Shown here piece by piece: positions 1 through 13,517 of a DNA stretch of 55,776 bases (positions within the stretch are counted from its first letter, which is position 1; each line of letters opens with the position of its first letter). The position numbers and the translations under genes were made by a program. The notes beneath the pieces were generated by a model that searched no databases, was not told where the DNA came from, and worked only from the letters and a program-made list of their open reading frames with translations. Origin of the DNA: Hydrurus foetidus (taxonomy: Eukaryota); NCBI GenBank assembly GCA_900617105.1, contig UYFQ01000604.1, positions 1-55,776 of the forward strand, in the 5' to 3' direction.

Positions 1-1849
1 CAAAAGACGTCTTTAGACTAATCTGATGTCTCCAGCAGTGGAACCGGTGTCCAAATTGCCCGTGGAGAACTCCTTAATTTCGAGTTAGGAAGCCTCTCGC
101 GACTTCGATCAAAAACGAACTTTTGAAAACACCTTTCGGAGGTTTCAAGCAGGAAGCGGCTATGACAAACTCCTGTAAACTTAAACCAAGTTCTCGGAGC
201 TTCGGGCTCAGCGAGAAAGCGACTCCTCGGAAGTCGTGGAGAGAATATACTCCTTTGGAAGTCTATCTAAGTTTGGGACGAGTAGATGGGTAGGAAAGAA
301 GAGAAGGAGGATGAGCGGCAATATCGCTATTATGGCTCGGATGGAGAAAGGAAGAGGTGGAAGGCTAGAGAGGTAGTTAGTTACAGCGGGAAAGCTAGAA
401 GCTAGGGTGAACTTCTACGTGGAGGCTGTAAGTGGCTACGACGATACAACAGACTGTAGTGTACGGTGGGTAGTGTACCGTAGTACTATCCGGTAGGATC
501 GGGACCTTGGACCCGGAACTACCACAACTCCACTTTTCGACTCGCTCCACTCCATATATAACTGCGCAACCATTTCAACATCGTATCAGAAGTTGAGTGG
601 TGCAAATTAAAGCTGATAGTCTGTGATTACTACTGGTAGCGGGAAATTTTTGTCGAAGACAAGATCGAATTGTGAGAGACTTTGCTAGAAGTGCCGTCAT
701 TTTCATCTGGGTGAGCAACTTGTTCAATATCGTAGACATCCATTCCTCGGCTGTCAATCTACAGCTGAATCTATCTTTTGAAAACTCTGAGAAACCATAT
801 TCTGAGTTTTCCCGCACGGCAAATTATTCAGTAGAATTGCAACTGATGATTCCGTCAATGACATTGTCTTTCAGCGATGAACCACCTGATCGACTTCGAC
901 TGTCAAGCGAGCGGACTCTTCGCGTTGGACAAGACTATCAAAGTACGGAAAGGATCGATATGCCAACTGAAGCGCAATCCGGACAATCATCACGGTGAGC
1001 TTATCGTGGTTAGACGATCCTGAGTTTCACCATATTTTAGGATAAGTTTCCCTCAGAAAATTTTGTTTCCAACAACGTCTTCTTTTTTAAATGCCGACCG
1101 ATGACTAGTTAGAGATGCAAATGCATAGCGAGGTGAAACGCTGGCCAAATTTTCCGTTTATTTCTTACTTAGAGGTTTCATCAGCATTACGTCTACTATA
1201 TTGATTATATTGCTGCTCATCATCAATTACTCCGAAGACAGAACTCTGATTTTTCTTGGAACTGACATGTTGCCTACATGTCAAACTTAGATTCCAATTG
1301 CATCCAAGTCCTTGCGCCTAGTAATATGGAGGGCTGTAATAGTGGACGTTACGAAGCTGGAGAACATATAGGACACCTCCGCAAGGAAAGTTCATCAAAA
1401 TTGGCTCCCATTCTTGATATGCTTATCAAAACTGATATGTTACATTCATTATCTTTTGACTGCTATCTGCGAGACAATGACACAACGCACGCCAGGAATG
1501 GTTACTGTCTGCATATTGTTGTTATGAGTAGCAACACGATTGAGTTCAATAGTACGCTGTTGTCTCTCTTTAGGGAGAGCGAATTGTAAGTTCAAATTAA
1601 TCCGTAATAATTTAGTATCGTGTACAACAACGTGTGACACCTATCATGTCTGATCTGTGGATTTTATTGTGCTGCATTTATGCGTCGTAATTAAATATTC
1701 TCAGTTGTACATCTTACTCGTACATCTTATTTTTACCTTGCAGAGAATTTTCAATGCCCAAAAATGTCGAGCGTCTTAATACTACAAATAGGGGAAATCA
1801 ATTAGAAAAATAGTGTTTTATTATTGATCGAAAAATATTTAATGCCTAA

Positions 1850-4470
1850 TTACAAATTAGTGATGAAATTCATTGCTTCTGTAATTTCGTGATCATATTC
1901 TAGCATCGCACTATCATACTCTAACATGACATTCAGTTCAGGTATCACCCTGCTTGTCTCGCTTATTACAATGTCACTGTCATTGTTACTATTGTTGTCT
2001 GTATATTGTACTGTCCCTGTTGGAACTGATTTCATTGTACCGCATATGTTGTTTTTAGAGTACTCTTTAAATATTGGTGCTGATACATCAGAATCATCAA
2101 GTGGAACACATCCTGTACTAATAAATGACCTTTTCACCCCTTCTATAAACTTTTCTTTTTTGAATCCATCAGCTATTAGGTCAAACAGATCTTGGATACC
2201 TTGCAACATGTTAGGTTTGGGGGGTTGAAAAACAGGTAACGTACGTTCTTGTACATCTTTTGCTGCTTCCTCTTCATACAGTGTCTTGAACTTTTGAAAG
2301 CTTTCTACTATTCTAGCACCTCTTAAATTTCTTGTGTGTGCTTTGAGTGGTCCATTTACTACCAAATCCAGAACTTGTAGAACACCCGTCATGTTAGGTG
2401 GTAAACAGGCTATTTGGACATCTAATTCTTCAATGACATCATCTACATTACTTGTTTTATGACATCCACAATTGTCAAACCATATCATCAACTTCCCTAA
2501 CTTCTCTTTCAGTGGCTTTACGACTGTTTCTAACCACATAATCATTCTGATTGTGTCATTCCATGCTTTATACTGACTAGTTATTACGTGGCCTGTAACT
2601 GAATTAATGATGTAGTAACACGCATGAGTATTTGTTACGCCTTTTATTGTTAATTCTTTTGACCACTTAATTAGCTCCCAATTGTCATGGACACCAAATC
2701 CCTCATTCTTATTGTACATGTCTTTTATTACTCTCATATTAGTCTGGTCTGGTCTATCAGCTGAATTGACGGAGTGCTTGATTATAATAAATAAAGGTGC
2801 GAAATTACCATTACCACTCACCGCAACCACTGCTGTAATGCGAAGCATTGTATTAGGTGTTCCAATGTTTTGCGCTCGATTTTGATCAGGTGGGCAGTAC
2901 ATATACTCAGGTCCAATAGCATACGTAAACGCTGTTTCATCCATATTGATTGTCGTGTGTCTTTTGTGTGTCCGTAATCTCTATTCATTGTTTGCCCAAT
3001 ATTCATTATCCTTTGTATTTCCTCATCTGATGGGACGTTTTTATCGTCAGTCGTTATTTTTCTTCTCCGCATGTTTGCCCTCTTCAAAAAATTTCTCACC
3101 CAAGTTGAACTGAACTCTAACACCTTTATCTTTTCATCATTGATCCACCTGTCACTTGCTTGAACAGTCCTGGCAGCTTCCTCGATTATATTGTACGAGT
3201 ATACTACGCTCACAAGAATTCGGTGGACATTGATGCTGATGCCGTCAACCTATTATAAGGTACATGGACATTAAATTACGTTATTATCATGCTATAATAT
3301 GTTTTCAATATCAAAAAATATATTCAACATAAACAAAGCAAATCATTTTCATTATTGAACATAAATCGGATGCAATTATTAAATTAAAACGGTGCAACAT
3401 ACCAATTGTTTCTCAAATTCACATATCATTAATTTACCCCATACATCAGCTTCGAACTCAACCGATATCTTACGGCCAGAAGTTTTTTTCACAACATCTT
3501 TTTTATTAACCCATCTAACAATTGACTCTATGACTAGCTCTGAATATCTTGTGTACTTTGATAATATTTCCTTTGTGAATGTAGCGGTTTTATGTGTATC
3601 AATTTTGTATTTTGTCCCTTCCAATTCAATCCGAGCTGAAGCTACGGAATCGAATAACGCTATGACCATCAGAATCTCATGCAACTTAAATGTAACATTC
3701 TTATTCGGAAATTTTCTTAGAGACTCGACCACTGCAGGATATGATAGGACTTGACTCATTTGCAAATCGGTGCCATCCTCATCGCAATCGAAGATATTTC
3801 GACGGACAGCATCAAGCCCACCAGAGCTCCTGTATGCAGACTATTTTACTGCTGCATTGATGTATATTGTTGGTGACTCATCAGCAGCACATATAGAGCT
3901 TGATACAAACTCATATACTTGTTTCCCATATCTGTTCATCTGTCTATATCCAATTTCTTCACCCTTCTTCCTCCTTTTGTTGCTCTGCTCCGATGCTTCA
4001 TCAACATCACTTATCTCTTCGAGCCACATAACGCCATATATTTGGCTTATTGAAACATACTGCGATTTTACTTTATATGTTCTATTAAGTAATGTGTTTA
4101 CTGTCATGTAAATTTCTGTAACTAAGTAGTCCATCGTCGTTTCAGCACTAAGACCCTCTGTTTTAAATATGATGTCTGCGCCTCTGCACTTAGCTGGCAG
4201 ATCCATAAATTCATGCATCATATTCACTCCTTTAGAATGTACTGGAACTATGGCGCATCCAAACTGCTCGATTGATTTCTTGAATATTGTGAGCCCTTGA
4301 TGCAGAGCCAATTTATCGAATCGAAAGTTGTGATTCGAGATGTATTCAAAGCTTTTCAGCTCTTCACAGAGGGAATCAATCGACCACTGGCGTATTGTAG
4401 TAGGGCTAGGACGACAAACTAGAGCAATGGCGACAGAATAGGCGCACAATTCGGCTGAAAGAGATGCCAT
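1850..4470 (-). pseudogene. pogo-type (Tc1/mariner superfamily, DDE_1) DD35D transposase, disrupted
   Basis: Four minus-strand ORFs join into one protein. 4470-3841 continues in frame through a single TAG (3843-3841) into 3765-3403, then a GT-AG intron (~3402-3251), then a CENP-B-like HTH region (FSSTWVRNFLKR..RRRKIT), then a frameshift in an ACAC run near 2955. Catalytic motifs NMDET, WFDNCGCH and PPNMTGVLQVLD have 35 residues between D2 and D3. TIRs were not convincingly found. Confidence 0.85.
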
Positions 4471-5273
4471 CTGTATGAATCGAATGTAATAGTCAAAATT
4501 TCACATTCGAGAATGATGGGATCAAACAGGCGTGCGGGAAAATCTCAATTGACTTGATAAAGGTGCTGAAAAAGATTCTGATCGTGTCAAAAGATGACTA
4601 GCGCTTGAGAATTCAAAGTCATACGGTCCTAAACATGATAAACTCAAAAAATGGTTGTTGCAACGTTTGCAGCAAAATCTCAACTATTTTTCACCTATTC
4701 AATTTTGTCTTGCTGCTCGACAGAGATGATAAGCGGAAGATTCAGAATCACTACAGGTCACGCAAAAGCGTGGACAATTGACTGATATATTGTCAACTGA
4801 ATGATTGGTGATCCATATTGTACAGTAACAGAAGAGTTGGCCAAAAAGAGGTCCTATGTCAACAGTCCACACTCGAACCCCCGCAAACAAAGGGTCGGCG
4901 ACGGTATACATCAGTTTTGCAAGCTGACACCCCGAACGTTACACTGCGATACGGACATACGGACACAGAGCACATCTGAGTCGACTCGACACGATTGCAA
5001 TGGGCTGCCCTATTATTTGTTTGACATGACGATGGATGCTTTCAGTTGCATCTGACAGTCTTGGAAGTCAACTCCGACAATCAAAACACCCCTTCCAATT
5101 TCTTGTAGGATTTGACAGGTGGGTTTTACTGTGATTCAAGTTCTGACCTGCGTCTTGGCATTTTATTTATGATAAGTTATGACCTGCCCATTGCGTTAAA
5201 ATCTGATAACCTGTTTATTATCTTTCCTTCGTCACTTCTCGTCCTTTTTGCACTTCGCTTCGACGCAGGCAGA

Positions 5274-7886
5274 ATGTCGATCTCTCGCAAGGAAATGGCG
5301 TTCATAAACGCGGCTGCGGCTGTCCGTGACTACAATGTTGAGCCAAGACTTGAGTACAGGACAATTGCAGGCGTTCAAGGCCCTCTCGTCATTCTAGAGA
5401 ATGTCAAGTCCCCAAGATTTGCAGAAATTGTGAACATCACCTTAGGCGATGGCGAATCTCGTGTTGGCCAGGTTCTTGAGGTTGCAGGAAATAAAGCTGT
5501 GGTGCAAATTTTCGAAGGAACGTCGGGTATCGACAACAGAAAGACCAGGTGCAAGTTTACCGGAGATGTGCTCAAGATGCCAATATCAGAGGAGATGCTT
5601 GGACGAAGTAAGTGGTCTTCACTGATGTCAACGTTATTTATGTTCAACATTGGACATGTCTTACTTATGTTGATTTTACGACATATAATTCATGGGACAG
5701 CTTTCAACGGCTCCGGAAGACAAATCGATGGAGCACCAGCCGTGCTTGCAGAGGATTACTTAGACATCATGGGAATGCCAATCAATCCTTCGTCAAGGTA
5801 ATACTCCTGTTCTGCTATTCTGCTATTTTGCTATTTTGCTGCATGGAGAGGAAAGGACAAGATATTTCCGGCAGTGATGAGTTCTGACTATTGACAGAGA
5901 AAATAGCAGCGAGGATTATGAGATGCTGATTATATTATGAGGATAAGAACGTGCTGAGAAATAACGCTGCACAAATATGTGCGATAGAAAGATTTAACTA
6001 GATAATTAAATGGGTACGAGGGAAAGGGTAAATGGTATGCATCAACTTCAACATCTCAAGGCTCCTCGTCTATCGCTGATCAACATCTAATCTGGACTTA
6101 CCACTATTAACTACAATCCACACACACTAACTGTACCGCACTGTTTTCAGTTTTCAGTGTGGTACAATTGGTGTGTGTGGATTGTCGTTTATAGTGTTGG
6201 GGTCCAGATTAAGCATTAAAGTGGATCAGCAATAAATGAAGTGCCTTGAACTGCATTTGAATCTGTTAGCAGCTTCACTAGAAGTAAAGAAATGTCATCC
6301 AGCCCAGTGACTCAGCACTTCTACACAGCCTTTCAGGATTACGTTAGGGTTGTGTGAGGGATACATTCGGCTTAGGGTAGGGGTCGAAGTGAATAGAAGA
6401 CTCTCAATAAAAATGCCTCGTTGTGGGGTCGTGTTTTCTTTCTTATCGAAGTCTCCTACTTGAATGTTTAGGAAAACAAGCCGACTACCCTACATTGCCT
6501 ACCTCCCTCTAACTCTTTCCCAACTTTAATAGCCTGACTGTTGTTTGTATTGCTATGCAGATATTTTATAATGGCTTTGATTCAAACATGCACTTTTGTA
6601 AGCTGTTGTTGCTGCATTCTTCATCCGCTATCGTTAATCGCTGTGTCGTAAATGTGAGTTATCATCTATTATTTGGCACCCATTCATCACACATCATCCA
6701 CTTTATCCACCTCATCACTTATCCTCTCCTCCCATCTCCTCTCCTTTCCTCTTCTGTCCTCTACTGTCCTCCCCTCTCCTCTCCTCTCCAATTCCTCTAT
6801 CACAGAGACTACCCAACGGCCATGATTCAGACAGGCATCTCCGCCATCGATGTGATGAACTCGGTGGCGAGAGGACAGAAGATTCCTCTCTTCTCTGCTG
6901 CCGGTCTTCCTCACAACGAAGTCGCGGCTCAGATAGTGCGTCAGTCCTCCCTAGTGCAGCTGAAAGACACACTAGACGGCCACCAGGACAATTTTGCAGT
7001 GGTGTTCGGAGCGATGGGAGTTAACATGGAAACTGCTCGATTCTTCCGATCCGATTTCGAAGAGTCAGGTGCAATGGAGAGAACCGCTATGTTCCTCAAT
7101 CTCGCCAATGACCCCACTATCGAGCGCATCATCACGCCCCGTCTCGCCCTCTCCACTGCTGAGTATTTGGCGTACGAGAGAGACCTGCACGTGCTGTGCA
7201 TCCTCACCGACATGTCCTCCTACGCTGACGCTCTGAGAGAGGTATCTGCTGCCAGAGAGGAAGTGCCCGGTAGACGCGGCTACCCCGGCTACATGTACAC
7301 CGATCTGTCCACAATCTACGAGCGTGCTGGCCGTATTCACGGCAGAAACGGTTCAATCACTCAGTTCCCCATCCTGACCATGCCCAACGATGACATCACT
7401 CACCCTATACCGGATCTAACCGGATACATCACAGAGGGGCAGATTTTCTTGGACCGTAAGTTACAGTCGAAGGAAATCTTCCCCCCTATCAACGTGCTGC
7501 CATCTTTGTCTCGTTTGATGAAGTCTGCTATCGGTCAGAATCTTACGAGAGAAGATCACGGGTCGGTCTCCAATCAGCTGTACTCTTCTTACGCGAGAGG
7601 AAAGGACGTGATGGCGATGAAAGCTGTGGTGGGTGAAGAAGCCCTATCCGCTGAAGATCATTTATTCATCAAATTCGTGGAGAAATTCGAAGGCAAATTC
7701 ATCGCCCAGGGTGGTTATCAGAACAGAAGCATTTTCGAATCTTTAGATCTTGCCTGGGATCTCCTCAGAACATTCCCTCAGAACCTTCTCGGGAAGATCG
7801 ATCCAAGTATGAGAGATAAATATTACCCAAGGGGCAAGACTTTTGGACGCCCGCCTTATGTCGCGCCCACAGAGAAGCACCACTAA
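5274..7886 (+). CDS. VMA2: V-type proton ATPase subunit B; exons 5274-5607, 5701-5797, 6806-7886
   Basis: Motifs [82 protein letters not shown]. Both GT-AG introns keep the frame (GRTFNGSG; NPSSRDYP). Confidence 0.97.
6056..6249. mobile_element. MITE/foldback element family A, copy 1 (V-ATPase B intron 2)
   Basis: Imperfect inverted repeat along almost its whole length (TCAAGGC...GCCTTGA; ACAATCCACACACAC/GTGTGTGTGGATTGT). Related to 37139-37421. Confidence 0.7.
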
Positions 7887-8766
7887 ACACTAAGTGGGAC
7901 TTGGAAGGAGGTTAATGCAGTGCTGCCAATCATCACGCTGATGTCGATATGTCTAGTCGAAGTCATTGTCATTGGCAGTTTGTTTCTTTGATTCGACTTG
8001 ATATACTAACTGACTGACTGGCTGATTGACTGACTGACTGGCTGATTGACTGACTGACTGACTGACTGATGGTGCATAGCACACCACACCACACCGTGCC
8101 ACTGTATAGCCTACTACGCCACGCTATGCGATGTAAAGCGATACAATACATTGTGCCTGTCAGGCAACAGACTGAATTAATGAATGACTGACTGAATGAT
8201 TATACAACAATGACGAACGCAAATCCGGATTTTTGATACTCTATCAGAAAATTAGATGCAATATCTGAAATTTTGACGCCACCGTTCAATTTTTTCATCG
8301 TGCATTGCTTATTCAACACTTTCTGAAATATTCTTGATGCGGCATGGACAGTATAGTTTTACGGAAATATTCTTCAAGTTTAGTCACCTCTTGTACATAT
8401 GTGATTTCAAAAAGAAATGTAAAGTCGATGTGTTTAATTTTTTAATCTTTCCTAGCAGGAATTAAAAACAGTGATGAGAAAGTTGTCAGAACAATTTCCG
8501 ATTGCGCTACTCACCCTGTGATTCATGGCAACGTGACGGCATCTTACGTGGCACCAACATGTGATCTTTTGCAACGGAAAGGCGATGCATGCGGGACTTC
8601 TGATAAGTGGTTCATTCTGACGCGATTCTGTACGATGACTACAAATTATCTTACCAGAAAACTAAAAACGGGATCATAGCGCTGTCCGTATGATGCCTGT
8701 ACCCACTGTTCGCGTCACACCGATACCGTACGTGCTGTACGTACACCCCTCTCCCAAGGATTGAAT

Positions 8767-11057
8767 TCACTTCACCAAGGGTGTCAGTTCGGTTTCATCT
8801 GTCCTCTCCTCCCCTTTGATCGATGTCTCAGACTGATTTCAAAAATGAAGAAGATCGCATTTCATTACATCGAAGAATCAAATGATCGGATAACATCCCC
8901 ATATTTCTTCTCATTCCTCTTTTCTTTTCTTTTCTTTTCGATTCTTTTCTTTTCTTTCTCTTTTCTTTTCTTTTCTTTTCTTTTCTTTTCTTCTGATCAC
9001 AGCTCACATCTAGCGAAATCCCCCTGCTTCGAAGACTGATACTGGTACTGATAGAATTAGCATTGGGCGCAATAAAGACCCAAGCTGTAACGGACGAATT
9101 CAATTACGTTACGTATTCACAGTATGAACAAAACTACCCCGAAAAAAAAGAAAATAAATAAAAAATAAAAAGAAGGCAAATGACAATTCGACTTATTAAA
9201 CGTACGTACATCTTCCGCATATACAATTTCTTACGGTGCATTCTCAATATCAGCAAAAGTTATTTGTCTTTCATTTTCCACATCTAAACTTATGAAGCTT
9301 TTATCTAACACGAAATCTTCACTCTCGCCAGTCACATCGAATGATTGGGTTGTTTCTAAAATGCTCTGGATGATTAGATTAGATTCTGCTTCAGACGTTG
9401 AAGTTGGAGTTGGTTTTCTTCTTTTCATCAGTTCCGTTGTTAGTTGGCCGCATCCCGCTTCAATATCAATTCCTAGGGTATAATACGGTACAAAAATAGT
9501 ATGGCAATAAGTACCAATATACTAGACGTAAAAGTAGCGTAGGTAGAGCGAGTGGAAGTTTAACGTAAACCGCAAAACACAATGGAATCTACGGATCCAT
9601 GATCTGCAGAATTATCTGCACACGAACGTACGTACCTCTACGTGTTCTGGGAGTGGCGGTTATACCGTATTCGCCCAGCACCCTGATGAACTCATCCACA
9701 CCGGCCTGAGGAATGTACAACACAGTACGTTAGAGTAAGTATTCATCAGTGGTAGTGTGATAAGGTGTAGTATGATGTGATGTGATGTAGTGTGATGTCG
9801 TGTAGTTCGGTGTGAAGTAGTGTAGTGGCGTGGAGGGTGTGTAGATTAACATGGTGCGATATGAAGAAATTTGCCCCCGCTTTCATCTCAGTATACTCAT
9901 TTCATTTGCTTTAATGAAGTCATTTTATATCACCTCAGCAAAACGACTAAAAAAACTGACAACAGTGACACACATAAAATCAATCTTGTAGTCTGATAGT
10001 CATAGAAAAGAAAAAGAAATAGCTGTCGTACCTTAGAAGTGGGTTTGCCTCCGTATAGAGCGGTAGGATTGAGAGGAATAACGTTTACATGGCAGTGTAT
10101 TCCCCTTAGGAGCATTCCGAGATCTCTAGCAGTCTGGACCGTGTCGGTTTCGTTTCTAATGAGAGCCCATTCGAAACTAATCCGTCTATTCGTTTTCTGC
10201 ACATAGTACCGACACGCATCTAGTAGTTCTGGGATGGGATATCGCTTGTTCACAGGCATGAGTGAACTTCTTTTCGCATCATCTGCTTGGTGAAGACTGA
10301 CGGCTAATCCAACCTGCATGTCCTCTTCTGCCAGCTTCCTGATACGAGGCGCAAGGCCAACAGTAGATATCGTGATATGACGCGCACCTATTCCTAACTC
10401 TGTATTCATTCTCCTAACAGCTTCCATGACGTTGTCGTAGTTAGCAAGTGGTTCTCCCATACCCATCATCACAACATTGCTCAGACGTTGTCCATCTCTC
10501 TTCAACTCACTAGAAAAGCGCTGCACCTGCTCGAATATCTCCGTGCTTGTGAGTTGGCGGAAAAAGCCCATTTGTCCTGTAGCGCAAAATACGCAACCCA
10601 TTGCGCATCCTGCCTGGGAAGAAATGCATGCAGTCCGCCGTCCATCTTCATATGGCATCAGAACACTCTCAATTAGTTGACCATCATGAAGCGCATATGC
10701 TCTCTTTGTTGTCCCATCTTTCGAAACCTGCTCTGATGCCATCTTTAAATCCCCGACGCTAAAGTTTTCAGTAAGCTTTGTACGGAGAGCGATCGGCAGG
10801 TCCATCATTTTGGCAAAGTCGTCGACTCCTTTCTCATAAACCCATGACCTCACTTGCCCCACCCGAAATGAGGGCTGTCCCCAACTCTTCATAGTCTGCT
10901 TTAGCTCTTCCTCAGGCACAGCATAGAAGTTTTTCAAAGCGGAAAGTTTTGTGGTTGAATGGAACTTACTCCTGACCACATTCAAAGATGCCCGCAAGGA
11001 AATAGAAATCGGAACGATCGCGCATAACGACATTGAAAAACAGATAACCCTCAACAT
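8767..11057 (-). CDS. rlmN: RlmN-family radical-SAM 23S rRNA/tRNA methyltransferase, probably plastid-targeted; exons 11057-10032, 9705-9636, 9472-9235, 9047-9008, 8832-8767
   Basis: Motifs IESVLMP, CISSQAGCAMGCVFCATG (CxxxCxxC), MGMGEP, ISTVG, VSLH, VNVIPLNP. The C-terminal RRGIDIEAGCGQL is reconstituted across frame-preserving introns. N-terminal hydrophobic signal plus Ser/Arg-rich transit-like stretch. The last two exons are less certain (alternative stop at 9231 if intron 3 is retained). Confidence 0.93.
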
Positions 11058-11607
11058 AATCTTTTCAGATCAGGGAGATATGGCCACAGATTGTGCGATT
11101 TACCTCTTGATGCACCTTTCAATCTCTCTCATCTCAAATTTCAATCTCTGAACTCTGAACGATGGATTGATGTTCTTGATTGCGTGTCCGTACTGAAGGC
11201 GCACGTACATATGGGTATCGTTGATTGGTCGGGAAAATGAACATGATAAAGATGTTCGAGAATTCGAATAAAAATTGCTCGAATTTTTATCAGATAACGC
11301 CATGTTGTCATAAATTTCTTATAGCGTCGATTGGCTTACTCGGATTCTATTAAATCGCAAAATTGCGAAAGCTATCAACTGTTGAAAAAAGAGCTGGTAA
11401 GCGCCGATGAAAATTGGCAAATAAATAGTTGCATTTTTACATTTCGATACAAAACGAAAATAGAGTAGTTTCTACGGAGCATTTTTTTGTTGGGAAATCT
11501 GCACTGGAATAAGAATGCTGTCACAAATGGCTAATGACGTGGTGAGGAATGTTCTTAGGAATCTCTTATTGCTTATTCGCATTAAAATCATTCCCAATCA
11601 TTCCCAA

Positions 11608-13517
11608 TCATTCCCAATCATTCCCAATCATTTTTGTGGATGAAATACCACCTGTTCTTACAGAAATCATAGGAGATTCCAATCTGTTCATCTGAATAGC
11701 TGCTGAATCGGATTTACTTCGATAAGAAGAAATATTCCGGGTAGCATCAAGGGATGCACTTACTGCTCTACTATAGTTACCCCTATCACTTCTTCCTGAT
11801 ATTCCAAATGAACCGAAAGAATTGACATTAGACGTCAATCTCATACTCTTCACTATCTTCTCATTTGTATTCGCATTGACATCACTGGCTGAATGCGTTC
11901 TGCTCATTTCTCTTCCGATAGGAATAGTACTCGGTCGCAATGACGAAGAACATTCCTCAGAAAAGAACGTTCCATTCTCTCCACTTTCCGCATTTTCTGT
12001 AATATCTTGAATCTTCCTGATAACGATACTACTGGGATTTGAATTATTTATTATATCACCAGGTCTTCTTGCTGTGTAGACTGATGTTGATGCTCTGTGG
12101 ATATTCATTCCGGTGCCTTCATGAGTTCCCAAGAAATTATTTTCTTTTATTGTCGTTTGTAAAGGTGCAATATTCTGAGCATTCTGCAGAATATGCCATG
12201 TAGAAGATGGCCTGTATGCAGAAGGCATGTGCATTCTATCCGTCTCAAATGCACAGTTGTTCAGCATATTATACCCCCTATTCATTTCTCTCTCCCATCG
12301 TTTATACGTAATTTTCTTCAAACTTTTTTCCTCCGCTATTAATGCGTTTAAATCGCCAGTTATATGTAACATATCGTCCATTTTTTTTGCCTTTATTCTG
12401 TTCTTAGCGCGTATGTCATTAAACATAGGGCCGTTATTGAGTCTTTCTTCATCCAATATTGTGTGATTCAGTATATTATATGTCTGTCCTTCTGAGTGGG
12501 ATAAGCTGTACAATATGAGCAAAACACCAATTTTAGTGATACGTTTGTCCCTCAGGAAATACAGAGTGATGAATGATGTTCTCAGGGGTTATTTTTGAGT
12601 ATGAAAATATGATGTTCCTGTTGAGTTGTGACGTCGACATGCATAGTTCCGTAATGAATTAGGTGATGTTAATAAAAATGTGACGGCAAATATTCAATAA
12701 ATAAGTAAATAGTGCTTACCAGTGGGGATATCTCGATGCTTGTGATACTCCTTGAATTTTCTCAAGGGCTTTATATTTGTCCAAAAACTCTTCTTCTTTC
12801 CTAAGATCATACGATTTTACTTTGATAAAATCGTAATCATGAGTTTGCCAGAACTTCTTCTCACAACCCTCTCTTATTTGCGATGCGATTCTTTCTTGTT
12901 TCGCCTCATCATCGATTTTGAATTTTCCGCTAACTACGTGGAAATCCCGACCAGAATCTCTTCCCTTTCTGATCGGAACAGGATTTTTTTTTTGAAGCTC
13001 TAATCTATCATCGTCAGGATAATGGACAGGAAGCTTCGTATGGATATCATGCTTCAGATGACTCAGTAAATGCCATTCACGACCTTTATCCTTGCGTCCC
13101 ATTGCTGCATCAGACGAAACATCTGAGTCAATTTTCTTCATTTGACCCTTATGACTAACGAAATCAAATGTCTTCCTCGAAATTTCCTCACTGCGAGCGA
13201 GAAGGTTAGCGTTCGCTGTCATCTGCATCTTTGATGCATTACTTTCCCTATCTGAGTCTCTGTAAACCATTGCAATAGGGTCAACATCTCGCTCTCTCAG
13301 CTTCCGCTGTGAAATTTTCATTGTATTGGATAAAAACTTGAGCTTGTTTAAAATACAAAAGCTCTTGGGATGAAGTTGGTGATACCTCAGCCAAGCTGAT
13401 CGTGTGACCAGGAATGAAGTCGCCAGACTTCCATGGTAGCGTTCTTCTTCCTGCATCTATCGATCTCAACATATCCCCCCAGCATTGACTGTCGGGTGGC
13501 TTCGCTGTGCCTACCAT
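11608..13517 (-). CDS. Uncharacterised protein; exons 13517-13386, 13306-12720, 12505-11608
   Basis: Three ORF segments join in frame by GT-AG introns (LAE|RKL; PHC|LSHSEG). Recurrent short aromatic-polar-hydrophobic motifs and a Ser-rich tail. Confidence 0.75.

Noticed and set aside
575..1640. Short ORFs 575-817, 672-998, 1278-1589, 1449-1640
   Set aside because: No recognisable motifs or consistent splice structure.
3821..3850. TAG readthrough or alternative genetic code in the transposase
   Set aside because: Host genes here end normally in TAG (e.g. 25341-25343), and the same transposase carries a frameshift, so a nonsense mutation is simpler.
5112..5273. N-terminal extension of V-ATPase B in the ORF track (and 6555-6805)
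   Set aside because: TTG-started upstream region and intron polypyrimidine tract; homology starts at ATG 5274 and resumes at 6806.
6340..6515. Second degenerate inverted repeat in V-ATPase intron 2
   Set aside because: Only short patches pair (TAGGGTAG/CTACCCTA, AGACT/AGTCT); too decayed to call.
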